64,000 bases of DNA from Phoronis australis (Eukaryota; Animalia; Phoronida): the NCBI GenBank assembly GCA_002633005.1, contig NMRA01000144.1, positions 716,485-780,484 on the forward strand, given 5' to 3'. This document shows positions 53,300 to 64,000 of the stretch, piece by piece (positions within the stretch are counted from its first letter, which is position 1; every line of letters starts with the position of its first letter). Below the pieces are notes generated by a model that saw nothing but the letters and a program-made list of their open reading frames with translations, was not told the DNA's origin and made no database searches. The position numbers and the translations under genes were made by a program.

Positions 53300-54170
53300 T
53301 TGTTGGTAGGACAACTTCATGTCCAACCCTCCCCAGTCCGGCTACCTCCACAACTACAGCTTCCGCCCTTCCCGGGTCACCATTTCGTCCTTGGGCATCT
53401 CGGGCAGCACCCTTCTCCCCGGCCCCAAGTCCATCCAGTCTGCCACCCGTTCCCTCCCTCGTTTCCCTCCCGACCTCGTTTTTCTCCAGATCGGCGGGAA
53501 TGACCTCCACTCCACCTCCATTGACACCTATGTCTTGTCCTCACACCTTGCTTTTTTCACCCACTTTTTGTTTATCGCATTCAACGTCCGTCGCATCCTA
53601 GTCGGGCAGGCATTTCACCGATTACACGTTGGGAGGCGTTTCCGGTTTAGACTTCTCGCCTTCAACTCGTCCCTTAAATCTCTCCTGTCCCACGAGCCCC
53701 ACACGTCACCCTTTCCTTCCAGCAGTTCATTTTATTTGAAATCTTTTTGTTATATCCTGTTTTCTATTAGTTTACAGGTCGTTCAAAATAATCACATTTC
53801 GGCAGTTTGCCACTGTTCAATCACCAACTGTTGGCCCGCCGCTGGACCCCTCACCTCTTATCCACCCATCTCAGCCTGCCTTCATCGCCACATCTTCAGC
53901 CTCCATCACAGTTTGAGCTACATCGTTTTTGGGAATTGACCCTTCCTCCAATAATATGCATGTATCGTTGCCTCTGGAATTCCACGTCACCTCCAAAACT
54001 CGCCAACATATCTTCAATAATGAATTTAGTGAATTTTTTTCTCTCCTTCCAGGTGAGCCCGCCAACTCCTCCGCCTCTATTTCATTCAATGATAACACCC
54101 CCGTTTTTTCTAGCTCGTCACGTCCAAAGGCCATCTTGTCCATCCTCTAGTGGACCCAGGCCTTCTGATA
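53300..54170 (+). mobile_element. DIRS/Ngaro-like (tyrosine-recombinase retrotransposon) remnant: SGNH-hydrolase ORF plus gag-like fragment
   Basis: SGNH blocks GISG...PDLVFLQIGGNDL (53319 frame). Downstream PLEFHVTSKTRQHIFNNEFSEFFSLLP...KAILSIL*WTQAF resembles DIRS-order ORF1. The sense strand is C/T-rich. Confidence 0.55.
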
Positions 54171-54389
54171 GTGATTGACTCGTATTCAAAGTGGCCGGAA
54201 ATATTTCATATGACCAGCACGACGTCAAATGCGACCATTGCGGTTTTGCGAGAGTTATTTGGTAGATATTAGAGAATACTTCATTCGGCAAACAATAGGT
54301 GTCACTATAGGAATTCTTTCTTTTCAAATAACTACATGTTTATTTATGAAGATCTGTCTTGAGCCCACCTGCGCACACCACAACCAGTA

Positions 54390-55713
54390 GCCGTGACCCA
54401 CACTGCCAGCAAACATGCCCATTGTCGCCAGTCCCATACCGGGTATGACTACGTCACCAAGGACCTCGACAACGCTATCGTAGCGGCTTTGATAACGGCA
54501 CAAAGCGCCGCCCACACAAGTACTGTCAACAAACCCACCACAAAGAAAATCAAACGACCACACGTCACAAAAGCAGGCATCAATGAAGACTGGGAATACT
54601 TTCTCAACAGATGGCGCGACTATGTTGTTGCCACCAAGATCAGCAGCCAAGATCTGATACAGCGGCCCCCTCACTTCAAAGACCGAGACAGAGGTCCTCC
54701 AGTGCATCCGAACCCTTGCCATCCGTGAGGATAACATGATGGTGGCCCGAGCAGTATTACATTCCAAAATGTACGAGTATTGCCACAGAGCAACGGCATA
54801 GTAGAAGTAATCTTGAGCTTAACCTTGCTATTTCCAATGTACGCCTCAAATATGTTGACAGTGAAAAGTTATTAGGTGTTACTGTAGACAAGACCCTCAG
54901 CTGGTCTAGCCATATAAATGGGACTGTGTCCAAAATTAGGCAGCGCCTTGGTCTTTTCCGGCGTATATCACCATTTCTTCCCACAGAAGGGCGTCTGCAA
55001 TATTTCAGCGCTTGTGTATTCCCTCTGTTCGTTTATTGTACTACAGAGTGGTCAGGATGCAATGCAAAATTAGTTTCCTCTTCATTAAAGGCTCAAAAGC
55101 AGGCAGCCAGACTTGTTCTAGGTGTGCCTTTTGACACTCCGTCAACTCATATGTTTAATAGACTGGGGTGGCTCCCTACTGACAAATATTTTATATGTAG
55201 GCATCTGTGTATGATGCATAGGTGCTTTTACGGTAATGCACCGACTTATCTATCTCATAATCTCGTACTTGTTCGAAATAGCCACCAGATCAGAACAAGA
55301 TTTTCTGCCTCAATTTGGTTTTTCCTAGACACAGAACATCGTTTTATTCTAAGTCCTTCTTTATTCAGACCATCAAACAGTGGAACAATTTGCCTAATAG
55401 TCTTAAGGATGCTGATTGTTATGATAATTTCAGACACCACCTCATCAGTTACCTGTGGTCGTCACAAATGTCCTTCCATCTTGTCTTTCCAATATATTTA
55501 CCAAAAATTTATTTTTATTTATTTATTTATCTTTAATTCAATTTGTTTATCCAATTTGTAAAATACCATTTTATTTAATGTATCTTATTGTATCTTAATT
55601 TAATCTGTTTATCTAATTAATTTAATTTCTTGCTGCAGAGGACCATGCTGGATATTAGCCTTTGGCTAAAGCATGTTTTACATTTATTGAATTTTTATCC
55701 TCTTTAAATAAAG

Positions 55714-55747
<34 letters not shown>

Positions 55748-56230
55748 CATGCGACAGGACAGGGATGAACCCATCCGTGCATTTGGCGCCCATCTGAAAG
55801 GCCAAGCAGGTATTTGCAAATTTGTCACGCCGTGTCACAACTGCGGTGCCACCGTGAACTACACTGACCACATAATACGAGACTGCGTGGCTCGGGGCCT
55901 AAATGACTCAGAAATACAACTCGACCTTCTTGGTGATCACAACCAGGACAAGTCCCTAGAAGAAACTCTGAAATTCATTGAGGCCAAAGAGGCAGGGCAA
56001 TGTTCCGCTAACCACCTGCTGGAATCTCAAGGTGCCGCAGCAACCAGCTCCTACAGGTGCCAGCAGCGACAACCAGCACAACCCTGCATGTATTGTGGTG
56101 AAAAGGAACATGGCCGCTCTGAACCAACCCAACTGCGAAGGAAGTCGTGCCCCCGCCTATGGGAAAACGTGTACACTTTGTGGAAAGATGAACCACTTCA
56201 AGGATGTATGCAAGAGTAAACCTGCCCCCG
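54390..56230 (+). mobile_element. Second decayed Gypsy gag related to the 45.9-kb element, interrupted by a LINE
   Basis: EDWEYFLNRWRDY, IREDNMMVARAVLHS|MRQDRDEPIRAF, IQLDLLGDHNQD, CMYCGEKEH and CTLCGKMNH parallel the 46109 ORF. Multiple frameshifts. Confidence 0.8.
54767..55743 (+). mobile_element. 5'-truncated CR1/L2-group LINE (3' end of ORF2, 3'UTR, (ATT)n tail)
   Basis: EKLLGVTVDKTLSWSSHI...QKQAARLVL...LGWL...APTYLS...WNNLPNSL. AATAAA is followed by a (TAT)n tail. TSD ATTCCA at 54761-54766 and 55744-55749. Confidence 0.85.
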
Positions 56231-56239
56231 AGACCAACA

Positions 56240-57200
56240 ACTTGACGGTAGCTGTAGACCACAAACCCCTGCTCAAGATATTCTCAGATCGCGTCTTAGA
56301 GGACATACCAGTTGCACCGTACCACGCAGCGAGTAACAGGGCAGCAGAACGAATGGTACAATCGTTTAAACGTGCGCTGAGTACAAGCAAGTCAACCGGA
56401 AAGTCGCTTGCGCAGCGGATTGCCAGTTTTCTGTTGTCATACCATTCGACAGAACACGCCACTACCGGACAGTCTCCTGCATTTTTATTCTGGGTCACGA
56501 ACTCAACGTGATTATCTGCAATAACGCCCCAGCGTGGAGGAGAAAGTGCTTGACAAGCAGGAGAGTAAAAAATATAATTATGACACGAAATGCCACCAAC
56601 AGGACTTTGTGGTCGGTGAAGAGGTGCTTATTAAAGATTTCCGAGTAAAGGAAAAATGGTGGCCGGCTACAGTAATGGAGAAAACCGCACCGAAGTCACA
56701 TGTTGATGCATTAGAAAACGGTCAAGTGTGGAAACGACATGTAGACCAGATACGTACGCGACATTTGTCAGCAAACATGTCCAATTCTCGTGATCAACAC
56801 GATAACACACTTGGAGTACCACCGGTGAGATAGCACCAGAAACTGCTGTTAGTAACCGGAGTTAGCTGAAGCAGAATCGTCTGCATGGCGTTTGGACATT
56901 TCAGACTCAGTGGAGGCTAAAACGCCAGATGTGCAATTACAGAGACGTTCAAAGCGAACTGTGAAACAACAGAGAGACTGGATTTGTAAATATCTGTGAC
57001 GAACATTTGTTTAACAGACTCTCATATACTATTGTATTTATTCTAGTTCCTTACGATATGTAGTTTCAGCTCAGGAGGAAAGGGTGTGATATATGAATGA
57101 TTTAGTTAACGTCATATACTATTTTTACAGAACACGTAATATGTAGTCACGTGATGGTTTCGCCATCAGCTTGTAGTTGTACGTTCACTGCTTGTATTAC
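56240..57200 (+). mobile_element. Gypsy RNase H/integrase C-terminal remnant with PPT and probable 3' LTR start
   Basis: DHKPLLKIF is joined directly to APYHAASNRAAERMVQSFK...HATTGQSPA and WKRHVDQIR. PPT AGGAGGAAAGGG is followed by TGTGATATA at 57085. Confidence 0.75.
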
Positions 57201-58396
57201 CACGACCAGGAATAGACGTATTTCATTATCACTATACTAATTGTTGTTCCTTCCACTCTGGCTACCCAACGATAAACGAATTTTCCAGTCCATCCTGATT
57301 CAGAAGTTTCTGCAGGACGCCCGCAAGCTCCCCAAATATTTTCTTTTCGGAAGGCATCTTTCTTTTGCTTCGCAATTGCACTCATCAGCGCCATTCGGGT
57401 TAACGAAATGATGCAGTTGGTAGAAAGAATTTATATGGGAATTGGTCTTGACTTTCTCAGCTGAGATGGTTTTTGTTCATCTTCGTGTATGAGGGCGACT
57501 GCACTGGTGTATAACGGTAATCTGAAGACATCTGATGTTGCAATTTGTATGGTACAGCTGCTTAAAATGAACATTAAATTTAGCCATTACTGTCGGGGTC
57601 CACTTTGGCTTATCAGCAAGGATATCAAAAAATCACTGCATGGCCTACATTAAACTGCTCCAGGTTTTCGGATTTTGTCAAACATAAGTTACTGAGAAAC
57701 TGAAAGTGTCACATACCAGTGTATGCAGTGCCTGTGACAAAAGATACACACAAAACTTAAATGAAGTCGCACTGAGAGATGTGACATTATTTCACACAGT
57801 AAAGTGACAAATCGATTTTTGCATGTTAGCACAGAAAACCAGGCGACATGGAGCGCTACGCATAGTTTCTTAAAAGGTGCCAAAATTTATAGATGAGGGG
57901 TTTAAAAAATATTTCTAGTATACAAGCATATTTATTTAAGAAACTACATATCAACTGGAAATTTTTCCTTTTTTGTCATTGGTCATTCCAATCGCTGTTT
58001 TTTGTACAAGTCTATGCCCAGTGTATCGACATCCACTTTTTACCTAAATGAGACATTGGATTTGCCATTTTAGACCAAGATGTCAATTGTTAAAAATGTA
58101 GATACTAATTGAACCTGTTCTCATGTATTAACACATTCCTAAAGGTGCTTGAGAAATATCAAGATAGAGAGGAAGTCATAACCTGCTATGAAAGCATAAC
58201 AGACGACATGATGAGTACCCTTAAAACTGGCTCAATGATAAGGCAAACCCTTGTTCATAGAGTACTTCGTGGGGAGACTCTCAAGACTTTGGGGAGCTGT
58301 GACTCTGGTATTTTGGCTGCTTTCCTTTGTGGCTGTAAAGAGGCATGGAACGTGAAAGTCCATAAAAATACCTTTTTAACAGATCGTAATGAATGT

Positions 58397-59232
58397 TGTT
58401 AATGCAGGCAGTGCATATATATAGTTTCCCAATTTTCCTAGAGTTGGCGTTCTCAGTCTCCTAGTGCCTCAGTTATATTTTAGGGCGTTGCCTCGGGGTT
58501 AAGTCATGATTTAAGCAACCCCCCTTTCGGTGGTATTATTTCCATTAGTTGTGTAAGTTGAGATACTATCTGGGCCAATCAGCGTTCTAGGTTTTCGCGG
58601 AGTATTTAAACGTCCGAACAAGCACCAGTTGCCTTATTCTCTCCTGGATTGTCATATACATCGTGTGTTGATTGCCAGACTGTTTTTGAGGCAAACGCTG
58701 TAAGTATACATTTGGTTATCGTTCAACGTTAGATACCGATTTTTTGGATAGCTGTGCATTTGTAGTTTGCGTTTTGTCAGCTGTAGACTGGACTATTATT
58801 ATGCAGACCTAGACATTCTGTTACGTTGCAACCATTGTGCTTTTTGGTAGTCAATTATTATGTTTACAGATTTCTTGTTGTTTGCATATTTCTATTTTGT
58901 GAACTAGTTTTGCGGAGTGCTACAGTTGTCTATACGAGCTGTTCTGTCTTGGAACTTTAGAGGTTTATTCCGCCATATTTTTTCCTGAGTTTGTATTTCC
59001 TCAAGTGCGGTTTCCGTTAGACATTAATTAAACATTACGTAGAAGATGAAACGATATCCTGGTGGTTGCTTAATGCTAATGGTATAGTTTAGACTTTGTA
59101 ACTGAGACTGTTTTTTGTAAACGTTTCAGATAACCGAAATGAACACCGATGGAATACGATGTATCAACAGTAAACGATGAACGTAATAAAGTATATCAAG
59201 TTGTAGACGCCTCTTTCTCTATTGCATCAACG
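58397..59232 (+). mobile_element. Candidate solo LTR-like element
   Basis: Termini TGTTAATGCA ... TGCATCAACG. Internal CCAAT, TATTTAAA, GTAAGT...TTTCAG and AATAAA occur in promoter/terminator order. No TSD seen. Confidence 0.35.
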
Positions 59233-61710
59233 TTTGAGCAGCAATAAATGTACTTCTTGGAGATGACAATGTTAGTTGTTCAGTTCGAATAACGCATTTC
59301 TTGAAAATATCGTCAGATTCCCTATTTTTGAAAGACAGACGAAATATAGACTCTTTTATCCCAGTACAGTTCCTAATTCTCCACCTCTGATATATGCGCC
59401 CAAAGGAGTGCGGCTGCTTGCTGCTTGAAATTACAATTGGGATATTGTTCCATGCTGTTTGAATTAAGTTAGGATTGTCACAAAATTAAATTTGTAGGTA
59501 TAAACATTCAATACGGTATGAATATAATTCATTTGTAATGACGAAATAGTAAGAATTCTTTCAAGATCCAGGGCAAGAGGGTTCCCAACGTTCCAAATAA
59601 TCCTTAGTTTTTAGATTTCATATCAAAAATGCACAATGGAATATCACACTCTGGTATTGTTCACAACCGTCAAGAAAGATAATACGGAGTGAAAAACCGT
59701 TATGAAAACCGCCACCACTGTTTATAGGGTGCTCAACACAATTTGTAATCCTTTACGTTTAGGCCCAGTCCAGTTCCTGGCTTCCAGTCTGTATATTGAC
59801 AAGTGGTCATGGTCTGGACGAGAGGACAAGTGCAGGTATATGGCAATCTGAAGACCAACTAAAGCCCAATAACCTTGGCAATGGTGCCTACGCGAATACC
59901 CAGCCAATCTGGCAATAGGTGAATATAACAATGTGCAAAACTATCAAAATTTGATATGCTAGACTCTATAGTATCAGGTAGCAACAGAGCTTCATAATCG
60001 CTTGGGCTCCTTGTATCTGTCAAGTTGTGCCTGCTCTAGTGAGTGTCTGTATAAAGTCATAACTGTCCGTAAATTTGGGGAATAGGGGCGTGAGCATGAA
60101 TAGAGCCAAAGCTTACGGAACATTGCAAACGCTTTGAAGCCACTGAAATCAAGAATTAATATAAACCATGAATTATTTCCATCATATGTGAGTGCCCAAG
60201 TGCATTTAATAATCAATGTATTTTGTAGGCTCTGCCACAAAGTACCTTGCGTGTGACGTGCAAGAGAGCCCACTCATGACAACAGCTAGTTGGCCCAGTC
60301 ATTTAGTCAATGCCAAGGCCACACCCAGCGGGACTGGATCCTATGTGATGACTGTGGGAGGTGGTTACACCAATACTGCCTAAGAGTGAGAGGCTACACA
60401 TGTGCAATGCGGGTGTAAGAGAGTTCACCCCTTAGTGTAGCTTCAGTGAGATTTTTGAACTTTAAATGGAAAATGTCCAAATATAATTGTATATTTGATA
60501 AGAAGTGTCAAGCATTGCATACACCTTGACGCAGTTGTACCTTTGACTTGAATACACGCACCCCAAAGTCAATGTACTTCAGTTGCACTTTGATAACTGA
60601 GCTTTGTCAGAGAATTTGGTTGTCAATAAATCTTAATAGGATTTTTAACTAACCTGTCTTGTTGATGTTTAATGTCTGCCCATTACCATGTTAAATTGTG
60701 TTTCAGTGAACTGTTTTAGGAAATCTAACACCAAAAGGGAATTAACTAAAATACTGAACAAGAACTAAAGTGACATTAGGAAATATTAAAGAGATCTGAC
60801 TATACAAAGGGTATCCTCCTGGAGGATGTGTGTGTAGTCTCGGGATCTTGCGCAAAGGCCCAGACGATAAAAAACCCTGAGTGAAACGGGATGGAATTTG
60901 CCTCCAAATGTGGTAAGTTGGCACAGCATGTCCTTCTCAAGATAAATTTTGCAGCCGGTTAATTTCGAGGCATGCGTATGTGCTGCGAAATTGGCCATTC
61001 TGGAAATACTGCATTTCAGTAAAACTGCCTGCTTCGGAAGCTAAGGGGAACAATTCCGGCCACCACAGACTGTTAAAACTTGAATGAACAAATGGACGTG
61101 TATGTTCCACAAGTATAACGATTTTGAATTTTATTTAGCCAGGAAAATAGTTCTATAAGCATACGCAATGTACAAATAAGCATGAAGCTGCTTGGATTTT
61201 GGTTTATTGTTCTGGATCAATTTTATGCATGAATCTCTTTTGAGGATGCTTTTAATCCAGCAGTAAACCTGCAATGTACAGAAGATTATTGTGAGAGACT
61301 GATACTGTCATTTTACGATGAAACCACTGTGTGTTATGCTTGGAATAAAAACAAGTAATAGTCTGATATGTTATGTCCGAACTTTTGAAAACCTGGGTGG
61401 AGTTCAGTAGCACTAGAACCTCAACAAAATCTAGCCAAAATCACGCATTCTTACTTAAAATACATGGCAACATCTTACGTAATCTTGTGCAGTCTTACTT
61501 TTTAGCAAGGCCCTAACACTGTTGAACTCTACCCTGTTTTCTCCATTAAGTAACGAGAATCAAGTTAACAGGGTCTAAGAATGTAGGCAAAACAGGCCCG
61601 ACTACCGTCATGGATATATGTTGCTGTCTTCCTAAATATCACCGATGCAGTTAAGTAATACATGCCATTTGTCTCCAGGTCCTCATATGACTCATGCAAT
61701 GAGAGAGAAA

Positions 61711-61830
61711 TGTTAACCATTTGTGTGGTGAAGTGACACTTCAGGAAAAGAATGTATATGGCTAATGCAACAAGAGGGACATGTTAACCGGTTGTGTGGT
61801 GAAATGACACTTCAGGAAAGGAATGCATGA
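61711..61830 (+). repeat. 70-bp-period direct duplication
   Basis: atgttaacc..ttgtgtggtgaa.tgacacttcaggaaa occurs twice. Confidence 0.7.
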
Positions 61831-62337
61831 AATACAGCAACACATAGGAAAATATATCACTAACAAGTCACTACGTCACTAAAAAGTAAACTAAATACAC
61901 GATTGTCGTAAATATATAGGTTATCCCACATACATAGGAATACTACAGCCATATATATCGAGAATTCATTGGGAATATTTATGTCGCAAAGCACAGCGAG
62001 GTGGACTCGCTCACTAAATACGAGTGCACTGAGCGTGAGAAGAGCTTTGAAAAGAGGATTAAGTTAGGTGACCAATGAGTCTACAAGAAATCATTAACGG
62101 TCATCTGTGGCCATCTGTACAATTATACATTAGAGAGTTTATTAATTTAGGCAACATGTGTGAAAACAGAAAGTTAACGAGCCTGCAGTAAAAGGACCCC
62201 ACACAATGGACAAGGTTGGGTGAGCCAATAAATGATTAATCTGGATTGTGAACACTAATAGAATAACTGATAATACCGACACCAAGAAAATTGCACATTA
62301 ACAGAAACAAAAGATTGAGTGAATCCTCAGACAGCAG

Positions 62338-62592
62338 CATGCGCGCACCCACCTTCAATATCGGGGGCTTGAATTCCTGACGTTGTGGACCTTTTGGTAA
62401 CAAAACAGCGGGGCAGACTAAAAAACGGAAGCACCACTGTGAACACTGTGAATTGCGCGTTTTCGCTTGTTTAGTGGACTTTTGTCTCATTTTTCTCGGT
62501 CTTTTTGTCTCTCAGAGGCGGACTTTTTTTGCCCACTTCACCAAATGGATTGGCTCATTCGAGGCCCCCGAGCCCCCCCAGGTACGCGCTTG
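62338..62592. mobile_element. MITE with 5-bp TSD
   Basis: TIR CATGCGCGCACC ... GGTACGCGCTTG. TSD AGCAG at 62333-62337 and 62593-62597. Confidence 0.65.
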
Positions 62593-62641
62593 AGCAGTAC
62601 ATTACGCTATTTGATAGTGATAGACCGACCAGAGTAGACAG

Positions 62642-64000
62642 TGTGGTGCCACCTATCAGTTATGATTTGTTTAATCACTGTAGTTTAGTCTCGTTTTTCA
62701 ATTATACCAACATCAAGTGTCTGCTTCAATATAGTATTTAATTCGCTTATAATTGTGTGTTTCTGATTCCTACATTGGTGACCTCGAACAGTGAACACTT
62801 ACAATGGCTGAGGGACATAGTGATACAAAGCTTGTTACTGACCTCGCCTCAACTCTCCAGACGCTTGCACTGCAAACAACTCAAGTAAACGCAGTATCCA
62901 TCAAGTTGCCGGAATTTTGGACAAAATCGCCCGAAGTTTGGTTTGCCAAAGTCGAGGCTCAGTTTGGAACCAAATGGGTTGTACAAGACCAGACAAAATA
63001 TGATCATATGGTGAGTGCTCTTGATGTCACACAGCCAACAAAGTTCAGGACAGTTCCAACCACCACTCACAAACAACTAAAAAGCATTGAAGTCCAAGCT
63101 CATCAACGCTTTTGGAAAGTCCCAGGCGCAGAAGGACTCTGAGCTTTTTAACCTCAATGGCCTGGGTGACAAACGTCACACCACTCTGATGAGACGTATC
63201 AACGCTCTCAATGATGACCCCCAAAGTTTAAAACGTGCTTTGTTCCTAACGAACCTGCCTCAGCTGACGTTCGCAGTATCCTGGTGGGCCACAGCATTAC
63301 TAGCATAGAGGACCTAGCTACGACCGCGGACCGTACCTGGCAGGCACGTACTGCCGGTGTGCAACAAGTCTTTATGCCTACCGCCAATCAACGTTTTTGG
63401 TTTTTATGATGACAACGCCAAGTCCACGTCCGCTTCGGTGGACATGGTTTCTGCCGATAAGCGCTTCCGACACCAATACCATCCCCAGCACGGTGACGTC
63501 AGCCCCCTTATGGGTTTGTCCACCATATGCTTCTACCATATGAAGTTTGGACCCGAGGCTCGTCGATGCCAGCCTGGCTGCAAGTTTGCGTCACTGATAT
63601 CCAAGACAAACAACCAGGGAAACGCCACAGCCGGCCGTTGAACGTGGTAGTGGCCGGCGTTTCCACCTCCAACACGTTCTCCATTGTTGAACAACACACT
63701 GGTAGATACTTTTTAATTGACACCGGCGCCGACGTTTCTGTTTATCCTGCCTCTACAACTCACACCACAACTGCATACCACCCACAGGCGAATGGCATGA
63801 TAGAACGTTTTCACCGCGAACTAAAGGCGTCTCTCAAGGCACGCACTACCAGCCCGCACTGGTTTGCAGAACTGCCACTGGTCTTGCTAGGGATACGTTC
63901 GTCCTGGCGAGTGGATCCCGGCTGTTCTCCCGCTGAGCTTGTGTATGGGTCACCTCTCCACTTACCAGGCGAGTTTCTTCAACCGCTCGAAGCTCGTACG
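62642..64000 (+). mobile_element. CsRN1-like Gypsy LTR retrotransposon, internally deleted, runs off the window
   Basis: Putative LTR 62642-62774 (TG...CA) and PBS TGGTGACC. Frameshifted gag (KLPEFWTKSPEVWFAKVEAQF; CHCC box CFYHMKFGPEARRCQPGC). Protease FLIDTGADVS is fused to integrase TAYHPQANGMIERFHRELK...SPAELVYG. Confidence 0.88.
63617..63660 (+). promoter_or_regulatory. -1 programmed ribosomal frameshift signal (gag-pol)
   Basis: Slippery heptamer G GGA AAC in the gag frame just before the gag stop, followed by a GCCGGCC...GGCCGGC stem. The -1 frame is the protease frame. Confidence 0.75.

Noticed and set aside
55662-56219. Poly-tyrosine protein ORF
   Set aside because: Artefact of the LINE (TAT)n tail reading into gag.

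Overview
Eukaryotic (invertebrate-animal-like, AT-rich) genomic DNA with spliceosomal introns. The left 40 kb holds three genes reconstructed by hand from GT-AG exons. (1) An RNFT1/RNFT2-like RING-finger transmembrane E3 ligase on the minus strand; its last exon(s) lie outside the window. (2) A complete 4-exon SPRING1/C12orf49 orthologue, head-to-head with the first gene, as in human. (3) A ~27-exon, ~1,340-aa uncharacterised gene with a catalytically divergent TBC-like domain followed by C2-like repeats; its start codon is only 422 nt after the SPRING1 stop. Introns carry many MITE-like inverted repeats and minisatellites. The right 20 kb is a cluster of decayed and nested transposons: a Gypsy element with both LTRs inside another Gypsy gag, a LINE 3' end inside a second gag copy, DIRS/Ngaro-like and Kolobok-like fragments, and a CsRN1-like element with an intact -1 frameshift signal but no RT/RNase H. 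Family names come from motif recall, not database searches.
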